64,000 nt of DNA. Origin: an uncultured bacterium. GTDB lineage: Bacteria; Krumholzibacteriota; Krumholzibacteriia; LZORAL124-64-63. The notes under the pieces were generated by a model, which worked only from the letters and a program-made list of their open reading frames with translations, was not told where the DNA came from and made no database searches. This document shows, in pieces, positions 9,591 to 19,619 of the stretch (position 1 is the stretch's first letter; each line of letters begins with the position of its first letter). The translations under genes and the position numbers were made by a program. The stretch lies in NCBI GenBank assembly GCA_963732385.1, contig CAVSZB010000005.1:320001-384000 (forward strand), given 5' to 3'.

Positions 9591-10700
9591 TCAAGCCACC
9601 TCCACAGGGGCCGGACGGGGCAGCACCACCGCGCCGCCGTGCGCCCAGACCGTGCCGTGGGACACGGCGCCCGCCTCGATCTCCAGTTGCCGCACGCTGA
9701 GCGTGGTGGGGCGCTCCGCGCTGCCGAGCCGCGTGCCGGAACCGATCCACCCATCGCGCTCGGCGATGACCGGGCCGCTGATCCGGCAGCCGTGGCCGAT
9801 GCGCAGGTCGCGGGCGCTCACCACGGAACCGCTCACTTCCACGCCATCGCCAAGAACCAGGTCCCGGTGGCTCTTCAGACCGCCGGTCACGCGGGCCCCC
9901 GCGCCCACGCGCAGGCTGCCCGTGGCGACCAGATCGGCGATCACGCTCCTGCCGGCGGGAATCTCGAGGTCGCCGCGGACGAGCCAGCGCCCCGCCCCGT
10001 CATCGATCAGCCGCGGGATGTCCCCCGCGGTGAGCGGTTCGCGGACGACAGGAGCGGACGGCAGCGGCGCGGGAGCGCCGAAAACCACAGTCGGCGCGTG
10101 CAGCCGCTCGAAACGGCACCCCTCCTCCAGCCGCATGGAGATGTTCGCGGAGGCGCGTCCATGCAGCGCGCACCCTTCGCGCGCCAGCAGCGTGACACGC
10201 GCATGCAGCCAGCGCAGCGACCAGCAGCCCCGACCGAGCCGGAGGTCGCCGTCGGCCAGGACCGCGCGGCAGATGGTGCGTTCGCCCACGTCGACGCTGT
10301 CGGCGGCATAGACCTCGAGCGGGAAGAGCGCGCCGGCCGGCAGGCTCAGGCGTCCGCAGCCGATAACCACGCCCGGGCAGGCCGCGGGGCCCGCTCCGGC
10401 CGGAACGAGCGGCGGCGGCGCGCCGTCGGGCAACACGACGTAGCGCGTGCCGTCCGCGAGCGACCCCTCCACGACGGCGCCGCCCATGCGGCAGGCGGCG
10501 ATCGGATCGCCCAGCACTCCGTCCATCCAGACCCGGAACCGTTGCGCGAAATGGCGGATGTCCACGTCGGAAGCGCGCACGACCCGCAGCGGCTTCACGT
10601 CGGTGCGGCGGCGCAACTCGATCAGCGCCGGCAGCAGCGGCAACACCGCCCAGCCCAAAAACAGCGTCAAGAAGAGGATCGCGCCCAGCGTCAGGCTCAT
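9591..10700 (-). CDS. Membrane-anchored beta-helix protein (bactofilin/polymer-forming-like repeats)
   Basis: N-terminal TM, then repeats such as LVATGSLRVGAGARVTGGLKSHRDLVLGDGVEVSGSVVSARDLRIG; ATGA overlap with the GT2 gene. Confidence 0.7.
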   Translation of the reverse strand: MSLTLGAILFLTLFLGWAVLPLLPALIELRRRTDVKPLRVVRASDVDIRHFAQRFRVWMDGVLGDPIAACRMGGAVVEGSLADGTRYVVLPDGAPPPLVPAGAGPAACPGVVIGCGRLSLPAGALFPLEVYAADSVDVGERTICRAVLADGDLRLGRGCWSLRWLHARVTLLAREGCALHGRASANISMRLEEGCRFERLHAPTVVFGAPAPLPSAPVVREPLTAGDIPRLIDDGAGRWLVRGDLEIPAGRSVIADLVATGSLRVGAGARVTGGLKSHRDLVLGDGVEVSGSVVSARDLRIGHGCRISGPVIAERDGWIGSGTRLGSAERPTTLSVRQLEIEAGAVSHGTVWAHGGAVVLPRPAPVEVA

Positions 10701-12103
10701 TCCTCCTCCCCGCCGTTGAGGTTGTGGGGATGCTCGGTTTTGTGCCAGCGCACGTGCCTGCCGCGGCGCGCCCACAGAAGCTGCGCCATCGTTTCGCGCG
10801 AAACGGCGAAGAGGCCGACCAGGAAGCCGAGCATGGTCAGCGGGAGCAGCCGCACCCGCGCCCGTGAACCGTCGAGATACGAGGCGGCGCTCACCTCGAA
10901 AAACACCGCGAAGTTCCCCAGCGCGCTGTACGACGTCACGATGAGGATGACGATCAGTCCGGGGCGCGTCTCACCCAGATACCACAGGATCATCGCCAGC
11001 AGCCAGCCGAGCAGCAAAATGGGCGACAGCAGGTAGACGTTCAGCAACAGCCAGCCGTCGAGCCGCTCCCGGAAGCTCGTGCGCCCGCACGTCCAGAGTT
11101 CGCCGCCATGCGCCCAGAGCGCCTCGTTGTGACCGCGGGCCCAGCGCATCAGCTGGCGCATGCGCTGGGGCCAGGTGGCCGGCACCTGCTCGTAGCACTC
11201 GGAGCGGTTCTGATAAACGGTTTTCCAGCCGCCGCGCAGGAGACGAAAGGTGGCGTCGGTGTCCTCGGCGAGAGTGTCGATGCGCCAGCCGCCGACGCTT
11301 TCCAGCGCCCGCCGCCGCACCCCCCCCACCGTGCCGCCATACTGCACCACCAGCCCGAGATTCATCCGCGCCTGCTGGTCCACCTGATAGCCGCCCGAAC
11401 GCTCCAGGTCGAGCAGCCGTGTCAGCAGATTCTGGCCCACGTTGTGCGGCACGACGCGTCCCATCACGGCCCCGACCTCGGGATCGAAGAACGGCGCCAC
11501 GAGCTGCCTGATCAGGCCGCGCCCCGGGATGTAGTCGGCGTCGAAGACGAGCGCGATGTCGGTGCCGACGAGCGCCATGGCGTCCTTCAGCGCGGCCGCC
11601 TTGCCCGGCGCCCCCTGGCGGCGATGGAACGGCAGCACGATGCCGGGGTGCAGCCGCGCGAATTCGTCGATGATCTCGCCGGTGCGATCGCTCGAGCGGT
11701 CGTCGATCGGCAGGACGCGCAGGCGCCCGAGCGGATAGTCGGCGTCGAGCAGGGCGGTGAGGATCTCGCTGATGACCGGCTCCTCGTTGTGGGCCGGCAC
11801 GAGCACCGTGACCTCGGGCCAGTCGGCGGTGTCGATGTCGAGATAGGGGTGACGCTGCCGGCCGTGCAGGCGGCTGAGCGTAAACAGATAGTGACGCGCG
11901 ATGTAGACGCAGATGAGCAGCAGGATCGCATAGAGCGGGTAGAGCATCGCTACGATGTACCAGGGACGCGGCGAGCGCAGCACGGGCGGCAGGTAATCGG
12001 TCGTCGGAAACGCGGTCGACGACGTCGCCAGGCTGACGCCCAGAACCAGGGCGCCCAGCGCGACGAGATGCGAGCGCTGGCTGTGGCAGGCACCGTCCGG
12101 CAT
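10697..12103 (-). CDS. Processive membrane GT2 glycosyltransferase (PgaC/IcaA/cellulose-synthase-like)
   Basis: PAHNE, DDRSSD, GKAAAL, FDADY, AEDTD, QLMRW (QxxRW), flanking TMs; alternative start at 11947. Confidence 0.9.
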   Translation of the reverse strand: MPDGACHSQRSHLVALGALVLGVSLATSSTAFPTTDYLPPVLRSPRPWYIVAMLYPLYAILLLICVYIARHYLFTLSRLHGRQRHPYLDIDTADWPEVTVLVPAHNEEPVISEILTALLDADYPLGRLRVLPIDDRSSDRTGEIIDEFARLHPGIVLPFHRRQGAPGKAAALKDAMALVGTDIALVFDADYIPGRGLIRQLVAPFFDPEVGAVMGRVVPHNVGQNLLTRLLDLERSGGYQVDQQARMNLGLVVQYGGTVGGVRRRALESVGGWRIDTLAEDTDATFRLLRGGWKTVYQNRSECYEQVPATWPQRMRQLMRWARGHNEALWAHGGELWTCGRTSFRERLDGWLLLNVYLLSPILLLGWLLAMILWYLGETRPGLIVILIVTSYSALGNFAVFFEVSAASYLDGSRARVRLLPLTMLGFLVGLFAVSRETMAQLLWARRGRHVRWHKTEHPHNLNGGEEE

Positions 12104-12164
12104 CGTGCGGGGGCCTTTCCGGCTGCTGTCTCACGCGGACCCGGGAGGATAGCCGGGTTCCGCC

Positions 12165-12857
12165 CTAGGGAGCCACGAAAATCTTGAGACTGCTGAACTG
12201 GGCGACGCCGTTGCGCACCGCGAGATGCGGCTCCCGGTATATTCCGACGGGATAACTCCCGTCCGAACGGAACAGCGGCACGCCGTCGAGTCGCGCCTCG
12301 ACCCGCCCCGCGCGCACCGCGAAGCGGAGCAGGTGCCAGGCGCCTTCGCCCACCGGTTTGTCCGGCTTTACCACGCGCAGGACATGCTCCGTGCCGCCGA
12401 CCATGTGGCGCACGCTGACCCGACGCTGGCCGCCGAAAAGGACGGCGCCGCTCTCGTTGTGCAGTTCGCGGCTGTCGCGCGTGAGCAGATGGGCCTCTAC
12501 GCTGCGGCCCGCGGCGTCCGCCACGAGCCGCACCCGCGTCTCGAGCAGGAAGTCGCCGCCGTGGGCGAAGGGGGCGACATACACCGCGAAGGCTCCATCG
12601 TCGGACCGACCTTCGAGCAGGCCGTCGACCAGGCGCCAGTCTCCCCAGCTCCAGGCGTCCGGGAAAGCGCCGTCGGAGAAATTCCACGCCACGGCGCGGC
12701 GCCAATAGACACCATCGAGCAGGACGACCGGCTGCCCGTCCTGTCGCGGCACGCTCTCGTACACGCGGCGCGTGCGCTCCGGATCGGCGCACAGCAGCAG
12801 CGCGCCGAGTGCGCCGAGCGCGATCAGGGAGGTCATGATGATTGTCCGATTTCGCAT
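12165..12857 (-). CDS. Exported lectin/glucanase-like beta-sandwich protein (DUF1080/LamG-like)
   Basis: N-terminal hydrophobic segment, GDW...DG.L.G, DF.LE.RV, WH.LR..V....V.A.LDG. Confidence 0.55.
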   Translation of the reverse strand: MRNRTIIMTSLIALGALGALLLCADPERTRRVYESVPRQDGQPVVLLDGVYWRRAVAWNFSDGAFPDAWSWGDWRLVDGLLEGRSDDGAFAVYVAPFAHGGDFLLETRVRLVADAAGRSVEAHLLTRDSRELHNESGAVLFGGQRRVSVRHMVGGTEHVLRVVKPDKPVGEGAWHLLRFAVRAGRVEARLDGVPLFRSDGSYPVGIYREPHLAVRNGVAQFSSLKIFVAP

Positions 12858-13128
12858 GCAGTTCTCTTCGTGGTCCGATGGCGCGCGTCACGCCCGATCG
12901 GCGACCATCATGGCCATCGGGGTCCGGACGCGCCAGCGGCCACCGCCCTCGGGCAATAGCTTTACATTCGGCAGCCGCGGCCTTAGGCTTGAATTTGTCG
13001 TCAACCGCCGGGACCGGCCATGGACCATGCGCCTGGGGGTTACGCATGAGCCTCTGCCGACTGCGGCGCCATTGCGCCCTCCCCTCGGTCCGCCCCTGCG
13101 GCAGCCCGCCAGCGGGCAGGTCCGAGCC

Positions 13129-14571
13129 ATGAAATCCCGCTCTCCCAGCGCAGCCCTGCGCCTGGCCATTCTCTACGGAATTTTCGGCGGACTCTGGATT
13201 CTGCTGTCCGACCGGCTGCTGCTCACCCTGCTCGCCGAACCCAGCGCCCTGACCCAGGGGCAGACCTGGAAGGGCTGGGTCTTCGTAGCGGCCAGCGCCG
13301 TCCTTATCTACACCGTCGTGCATCGGGAACTGCTCGCCCAGACCCGCGTCGGGACCGCGCTCGAGGACAGCATGGCCCGCCACAGCAGACTCTTCCGGGA
13401 TTCTCCGGTGGCCCTGATCGAGATGGACTACTCGGCCGTGCGGAATCACGCGGCGGAGCTGCGCGATCGCGGCATCGGGGATCTGTGGCTGTTCTGTCTG
13501 GATCATCCCACGGAAATGCGCATCTGCGCCGCTCTGGCCCGCGTGAGGGACCTGAACCGCGCCGCCCTGACTCTCTACGGCGCGCACAGCGAGGAGGAAC
13601 TGCGCAGCCGCCTGCACCTGGTGCTGGAAGAGGAGCCGTCCGAAGCGCTTCTGGAGCAGTTGCGCGCGGTTGCGGAGGGGACGGTCTCCCTGGAGCTCGA
13701 AGTGCCGCTACGCACGCTGAGCGGCCAGGAGCGGACGGTGATCATGCGCTGGGCCGCTTCTCCCGGCAGCGAGCGCACCTTCGAACGGGTGATCGTCTCG
13801 CTGATCGACGTGACCGACGCCCGTCGGGCCGAGTCGGAGCTGGTCCGCCACCGCCAGGAACTGGAGCTGGCGGGGCGCATTCTGGCGCTTGGCGAGTTGA
13901 GTTCGTCCATGGCGCACGAATTGAAGCAGCCGTTGACCGCCATCCACAGCAACGCCCAGGCCGCCCGACGCTTCATCGACTCCGAACCGCCCGATCTCGA
14001 GGAGGCTCGCCGGGCGCTTGCCGACATCGAAAAGGACGACAGGCGCGCCGACGGCATCATCCGTCAGTTGCGCGCCTTCATCCACCGCCGCGAAATCGCG
14101 CGCGAGCCGGTCGACCTCAACGCCGCGATCCTGGCAGCCAGGCACCTGCTGCGCACCGAGGCCCGCAGCCGGCGGGTGTTGGCCACGGTTCAGCTCGATC
14201 CGCAACTGCCGCTCGTCATGGGAGATCCGGTGGCGCTGCGCCAGGTGCTGCTGAATCTCGTCCTCAACGCGCTCGACGCCGCGCAGCGATCGCCGGCGGG
14301 TCGCCGCCGGGTTGTCGTGACCACCGTGGGCGATCCGGACGGCAGCGCGGTGGTGACGGTGAGCGATTCGGGGCCGCCCCTGCCGCCGGAAGTGGCCGCG
14401 CGCCTGTTCGAGCCGTTCTTCACCACCAAGCCGGACGGCCTCGGCCTGGGCCTCAGGCTGAGTCGCTCGCTGGTCGAGGCGCACGGCGGTACCTTGTGGG
14501 CGGACGTCAACCCCCCGGGAGGGATGACCTTCGGCTTCCGCCTGCCGGTCGCGGAAGGAGCGCGGACATGA
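13129..14571 (+). CDS. PAS-domain sensor histidine kinase (FixL/NodV-like)
   Basis: Two TMs, PAS-like region, H-box AHELKQPL, QVLLNLVLNA, DSGP, FEPFFTTKPDGLGLGL. Confidence 0.9.
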   Translation: MKSRSPSAALRLAILYGIFGGLWILLSDRLLLTLLAEPSALTQGQTWKGWVFVAASAVLIYTVVHRELLAQTRVGTALEDSMARHSRLFRDSPVALIEMDYSAVRNHAAELRDRGIGDLWLFCLDHPTEMRICAALARVRDLNRAALTLYGAHSEEELRSRLHLVLEEEPSEALLEQLRAVAEGTVSLELEVPLRTLSGQERTVIMRWAASPGSERTFERVIVSLIDVTDARRAESELVRHRQELELAGRILALGELSSSMAHELKQPLTAIHSNAQAARRFIDSEPPDLEEARRALADIEKDDRRADGIIRQLRAFIHRREIAREPVDLNAAILAARHLLRTEARSRRVLATVQLDPQLPLVMGDPVALRQVLLNLVLNALDAAQRSPAGRRRVVVTTVGDPDGSAVVTVSDSGPPLPPEVAARLFEPFFTTKPDGLGLGLRLSRSLVEAHGGTLWADVNPPGGMTFGFRLPVAEGART

Positions 14572-15197
14572 ACAGCGATACCGCCCTGGTGTACGTTGTC
14601 GATGACGACGCCTCGGTGCGCGCGGCGATCGGTCGTCTGCTGCGTTCGGTCGGACTCGAAACCCAGCTGTTCGCCTCCGCCACGGAGTTCCTCACTTTCA
14701 CCCGGCCCGAGCGACCGGGATGTATCATCCTGGACGTCCGCATGCCGCGCCTCAGCGGCCTCGATCTCCAACAGCAACTCGCCGCGGCCGGCGCCATCCT
14801 GCCGATCATCTTCGTGACCGGCCACGCCGACGTGCCGATGTCGGTACGCGCGATGAAGGCAGGGGCGGTGGATTTCCTGCCCAAGCCGTTCCATGACCAG
14901 GATCTGCTCGATGCAGTCCAGAGGGCCATCGCGGCCGATCGCGAACGGCGCCTGCACGAGTCCGATCTGGCCGCCGTCCGCAGCATCTACGAGACTTTGA
15001 CCCCCCGCGAGCGCGAGGTGCTGTCTTACGTGGTTTCCGGCGCCCTCAACAAGCAGATCGCCGGCTCGCTCGGCACCAGCGAAAAGACCATCAAGGTCCA
15101 CCGGGCGCGCATCATGGACAAGATGGGCGTCGAGTCGCTCGCCGACCTGGTCCGTCTCGCCGGCCGACTGGGCGTCCAGGGGCCGGACCCGGACTAG
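14568..15197 (+). CDS. Response regulator, FixJ/NodW family (REC + LuxR HTH)
   Basis: VVDDD, LDVRMP, TGH, FLPKPF, LTPREREVL, NKQIA..LG.SEKTIKVHR; ATGA overlap with the kinase. Confidence 0.92.
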   Translation: MNSDTALVYVVDDDASVRAAIGRLLRSVGLETQLFASATEFLTFTRPERPGCIILDVRMPRLSGLDLQQQLAAAGAILPIIFVTGHADVPMSVRAMKAGAVDFLPKPFHDQDLLDAVQRAIAADRERRLHESDLAAVRSIYETLTPREREVLSYVVSGALNKQIAGSLGTSEKTIKVHRARIMDKMGVESLADLVRLAGRLGVQGPDPD

Positions 15198-15421
15198 ACC
15201 CGTCGCCGCGAACCACCCGCTCCAACCGGCCTACGTCCATCGTCCCAAGGTCCAATGGTCCTTCCCGCCACTTCTGACGATAGTAAAGTCCAGTAAGTTT
15301 GATCGCGCCGGCCTCCTCGCCGGCCGGCGCCCCGAATGCCCCGCCCGGCGCTCCCGAGTATCCCTCCAAACCCCCCTTGGGGGCGCCGGCGGCGGCAACA
15401 AGCGCGGAGATAAACGTACTG

Positions 15422-15856
15422 ATGGCGAAGATCCTTCTGGTGGACGACGAGACCGAAACACGCGCGAACCTGCGCGCCATGCTCGAATTGATGGGCCATG
15501 AGGTGCGCGATGCGGCCGGCGGGCGTGACGGCTGCCTGCTGGCGGAGGACCATCACTTCGACTGCGCCATCGTGGATATCTTCATGCCCGGCATGGACGG
15601 ACTCGAAACCATCCAGATTCTCAAGTCGCTGCGCCCGGAACTGCCGGTGGTCGTCCTGGCCGGGGAGGGCCGGATCAGTCCGGAACTCGCCTGCCGTCTG
15701 GCCCTGGCGCTGGGCGCCGATCACGCCCTGCGCAAGCCGGTCGACAGCACCGCGCTGAGCACGGTGTTCGATAGCGCCTCCTGGCCGATCCCCGCACGAC
15801 CCGCACGCCCCCACCCCGTGACCACGCCGCACGGTCCCCGGATCGTGTCGAAATAG
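15422..15856 (+). CDS. Single-domain response regulator (CheY-like)
   Basis: KILLVDDE, DIFMPGMDG, LRKPV. Confidence 0.85.
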   Translation: MAKILLVDDETETRANLRAMLELMGHEVRDAAGGRDGCLLAEDHHFDCAIVDIFMPGMDGLETIQILKSLRPELPVVVLAGEGRISPELACRLALALGADHALRKPVDSTALSTVFDSASWPIPARPARPHPVTTPHGPRIVSK

Positions 15857-16065
15857 CGGCCCAGCGCGGCCGGGACAACAAGTCTTATCGTGTGGATTCT
15901 CCTGGCTTCCCCTCGGCGCGCGCTACGAAATAGCCCGTCGGCCGCGCCGGCCCCTCACTCCTGCCACAGGAATTCGCCCTGCTCGACGCTCCAGGTCCGG
16001 AGGCTCGCCCGCAATGCGGACGAACGGACAGTAATCGACTGCAAACACACCAATTGCGAGCTGAG

Positions 16066-16092
16066 CTTGAGATCACATGATGTGATCTCAAG
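16066..16092. repeat. 27-bp palindrome (perfect 13-bp arms, 1-nt centre)
   Basis: CTTGAGATCACAT-G-ATGTGATCTCAAG, intergenic. Confidence 0.9.
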
Positions 16093-16209
16093 TTCCTGCG
16101 CGCCCCCGACGCGAGTGCCGGCGGCGTTCCACCTTGTCCTTGAGCCGGGTCAGCGAACGTGTTTTGCTGACGTCTCCCCCCGACCCCGAACCGCCGAGGA
16201 GTGAATCGC

Positions 16210-19200
16210 ATGAAGAAGTTCTGGCTGATGGCGCTCGTGCTTCTGCTGGCCGCCGCGCCGGCGGTGGCGCAGAAGGCGAAGGCGGACAGCAGGGCCAAGC
16301 CTGCCAAATCGAAGACCGACACGAAGAAGGACGAGCCCAGGGACCCGCTGAGCGCCGGCACGTTCACCGGGCTCGGACTGCGCGCCCTCGGCCCCGCGTC
16401 CACCTCCGGTCGCATCGGCGACCTCGCCGTGGACCCGCGCGACAAGGCGCACTGGTACGTGGCGGTCGCCTCGGGCGGGGTCTGGGAGACGCGCAATGCC
16501 GGCACCACCTGGACGCCGATCTTCGACGACCAGGGCTCCTACTCGATCGGCTGCGTGACACTCGACCCGCGCAATCCGCTCACCGTCTGGATCGGCACGG
16601 GCGAGAACAACAGCCAGCGCAGCGTCGGCTACGGCGACGGCGTGTACCGCTCGCTCGACGGTGGCAAGACCTGGGAGAACCTGGGGCTCAAGCAGTCCGA
16701 GCACATCGGCCGGATCCTCGTCGACCCGCGCAACTCGAACGTCGTGTTCGTGGCCGCGCAGGGTCCGCTGTGGGGCCCCGGCGGCGACCGCGGCCTCTAC
16801 AGGTCGACCGACGGCGGCAAGACCTGGGAGAAGTCGCTCGACATCAGCGAACACACCGGCGTGAGCGACATCGCGTTCGACCCGCGCGATCCCGACACGA
16901 TCTACGCCTCCGCCTACCAGCGCCGTCGCCATGTCTGGACCCTGATCGACGGCGGCCCCGAGTCGGCGATCCACAAGTCGACCGACGGCGGCAAGTCGTG
17001 GCGCAAGCTGACCAGCGGCCTCCCGGCGGGCGACGTGGGGCGCATCGGCCTGGCGGTGGCGCCGTCGCAGCCGGACCTCGTATACGCGATCGTCGAGGCG
17101 GCGGACGAAGGCGGCGGCTTCTACCGCTCCACCGACGCGGGCGGCAACTGGGCGAAGATGAGCGGGTACGTCTCGGGCAGCCCGCAGTACTACCAGGAGA
17201 TCATCGTCGATCCACGCAACGCCGACCGCGTCTACTCGCTGGACACCTTCATGATGGTGACCGACGACGGCGGCAGGACCTTCCGGCACGCCGGCGAGAA
17301 GAACAAGCACGTCGACAACCACGCGCTCTGGATCGATCCCGACGACTCCGACCATCTGCTCGTCGGCTGCGACGGCGGTCTGTACGAGTCGTTCGAACGC
17401 GCGGCTTCGTGGCGCTTCGTGCCGAACCTTCCGGTCACGCAGTTCTACCGCGTGACCGTGGACAACACACAGCCGTTCTATCACATCTACGGCGGCACCC
17501 AGGACAACTTCAGCCTGGGCGGCCCTTCGCGCACGATCAGCGCCAGCGGCATCGTCAACTCCGACTGGTATGTCACGCAGGGGGGCGACGGCTTCAAGAC
17601 CCAGGTCGACCCCGAGGATCCCAACCTCGTCTACGCCCAGTACCAGCACGCCGGGCTGGCGCGCTTCGACAAGCGCAGCGGCGAGGGACTCGACATCCAG
17701 CCGCAGCCGCGGCCGGGCGAGCCGGGCCTGCGCTGGAACTGGGACTCGCCGCTGATCATCAGCCCGCACCTGCACACGCGGCTCTACTTCGCGGCGAACA
17801 TCGTGTTCCGCAGCGACGACCGCGGCGACTCCTGGCGGCCGGTCAGTCCCGATCTCACGCGCCGGATCGACCGCAACAGGCTGCCGGTCATGGACAGGGT
17901 CTGGAGCATCGACGCGGTGGCGAAGAACAAGTCGACGTCGATCTACGGCAACATCGTGGCGTTGACCGAGTCGCCGCGGCGCGACGGCCTGCTCTACGTC
18001 GGCACCGACGACGGCCTGATCCAGGTCACGGAGGACGGCGGCGGCGCCTGGACGCGTTACGAGAAGTTCCCCGGCGTCCCCGCGGACACCTACGTGAGCT
18101 GTCTCTACGCCTCCCGTCACGCGGAGGGGCGCCTGTACGCGGCGTTCGACAACCACAAGATGGCCGACTTCCAGCCCTACGTGCTGCGCAGCGACGACCG
18201 CGGACGCACCTGGAACTCCGTGGCCGGAGATCTGCCGGAGCGCGGCTCCGTGAACACAGTCGTGGAGGACCCGGTCAACCCCGACCTGCTGTTCGCCGGC
18301 ACCGAGTTCGGTTTGTACTTCACGATCGACGGCGGCCGCAAATGGGTGCAGCTCAAGGGCGGAATGCCGGTCATCGCAGTGAAGGACCTCTCCATCCAGG
18401 AGCGCGAGACCGACCTCGCGGTCGCCTCGTTCGGACGTGGCTTCTTCATCCTCGACGACTACACGCCGCTGCGGCTGCTCAGGCGCGAAACGCTCGACCG
18501 CGAGGGCGAACTTTTCCCGGTGCGGCGCACCTGGATGTACCTCGAGAGCACCCCGCTCGGCGGCACCGGCAAGGGCGAGCAGGGGGACGGCTTCTTTACC
18601 GCCCCCAACCCGCCGTTCGGCGCGGTCTTCACCTGGTACCTGAAGGAGGAGGCGAAGACACTCAAGCAGCTGAGACAGGACCGGGAGAAGAAACTGCGCG
18701 AGGCGAAACAGCCGATCCCGTACCCGACCTGGGACGAATTGCGCGCGGAGGAGAACGAAGAAGCTCCGACCTGTCTCCTGACCGTGCGCGACGCGACGGG
18801 CGCCGTGGTGCGGCGCATCCCGGCCCCCGCGAAGGCGGGTTTCCAGCGGATCGCCTGGGATCTGCGCTTCCCGCCGGCCGACCCCGTCGAGCTCAACCGC
18901 GGTGAAGCGGAGCGTTACGGGTACACCCCGAACGGGTCGCTCGCCGCGCCCGGCACGTACTCGGTGCTGCTCGAACTGAGCGTGCGCGGGGAGTCGCGCC
19001 CGCTCGGCGCGCCGCAGACTTTCGAATGCGCGCCGCTCGGCAACGCCACGCTCGCCGCGGCCGACCGCACCGCACTGGCCGCGTTCTGCCGCGAGGTGGC
19101 CGATCTGCAGCGGGCGATCCTCGGCGCCGCGAAGGTCTGCGACGAGACGCAGTCCCGGCTCGATCACGCGCGCCGCGCCATCCAGGACACGCCGGGCGCC

Positions 19201-19539
19201 GACCCGGTGCTGCTGGCCGACGTGCGCGCCCTGCAGAACCGCCTGCGCGCCCTGCGCATCGATCTGGAGGGCGACGCCACGCTCGCCCGGCGCGAGGAGC
19301 CGGTGCCGTCGTCCATCACCGACCGGGTCCAGCGGGCGGTGTCGGGCCTCTGGTCGTCGACCGCGGCCCCGACCCGCACCCACCGCGACGAGTACGGCTA
19401 CGCCGTGGCCGCCTTCCCCGGCCTGCTCACGAACCTGCGCACCCTCGTCGAAACGGATCTGAAGAGACTCGAGGACAAGCTCGATGCCGCCGGCGCGCCG
19501 TGGACGCCGGGGCGGCTGCCGGAGTGGCCGCGGCAATAG
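16210..19539 (+). CDS. Secreted BNR/Asp-box (VPS10/sortilin-like) beta-propeller glycosyl hydrolase
   Basis: Signal peptide, R.LGP..SGRI, many S/T-x-D-G-G-x-T/S-W Asp boxes, GGTQDN. Confidence 0.85.
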   Translation: MKKFWLMALVLLLAAAPAVAQKAKADSRAKPAKSKTDTKKDEPRDPLSAGTFTGLGLRALGPASTSGRIGDLAVDPRDKAHWYVAVASGGVWETRNAGTTWTPIFDDQGSYSIGCVTLDPRNPLTVWIGTGENNSQRSVGYGDGVYRSLDGGKTWENLGLKQSEHIGRILVDPRNSNVVFVAAQGPLWGPGGDRGLYRSTDGGKTWEKSLDISEHTGVSDIAFDPRDPDTIYASAYQRRRHVWTLIDGGPESAIHKSTDGGKSWRKLTSGLPAGDVGRIGLAVAPSQPDLVYAIVEAADEGGGFYRSTDAGGNWAKMSGYVSGSPQYYQEIIVDPRNADRVYSLDTFMMVTDDGGRTFRHAGEKNKHVDNHALWIDPDDSDHLLVGCDGGLYESFERAASWRFVPNLPVTQFYRVTVDNTQPFYHIYGGTQDNFSLGGPSRTISASGIVNSDWYVTQGGDGFKTQVDPEDPNLVYAQYQHAGLARFDKRSGEGLDIQPQPRPGEPGLRWNWDSPLIISPHLHTRLYFAANIVFRSDDRGDSWRPVSPDLTRRIDRNRLPVMDRVWSIDAVAKNKSTSIYGNIVALTESPRRDGLLYVGTDDGLIQVTEDGGGAWTRYEKFPGVPADTYVSCLYASRHAEGRLYAAFDNHKMADFQPYVLRSDDRGRTWNSVAGDLPERGSVNTVVEDPVNPDLLFAGTEFGLYFTIDGGRKWVQLKGGMPVIAVKDLSIQERETDLAVASFGRGFFILDDYTPLRLLRRETLDREGELFPVRRTWMYLESTPLGGTGKGEQGDGFFTAPNPPFGAVFTWYLKEEAKTLKQLRQDREKKLREAKQPIPYPTWDELRAEENEEAPTCLLTVRDATGAVVRRIPAPAKAGFQRIAWDLRFPPADPVELNRGEAERYGYTPNGSLAAPGTYSVLLELSVRGESRPLGAPQTFECAPLGNATLAAADRTALAAFCREVADLQRAILGAAKVCDETQSRLDHARRAIQDTPGADPVLLADVRALQNRLRALRIDLEGDATLARREEPVPSSITDRVQRAVSGLWSSTAAPTRTHRDEYGYAVAAFPGLLTNLRTLVETDLKRLEDKLDAAGAPWTPGRLPEWPRQ

Positions 19540-19580
19540 CCCCGCGGCGCACAATGGCGTCGCGCCCCTGTCGGCGGCGG

Positions 19581-19612
19581 AAAACACGGGCGGCGCCGAC
19601 GCGCCGCCCGTG
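19581..19612 (-). terminator. Intrinsic terminator hairpin between convergent genes
   Basis: CACGGGCGGCGC-cgac-GCGCCGCCCGTG preceded by AAAA (U-tract on the minus strand). Confidence 0.65.
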
Positions 19613-19619
19613 CCTCCGT

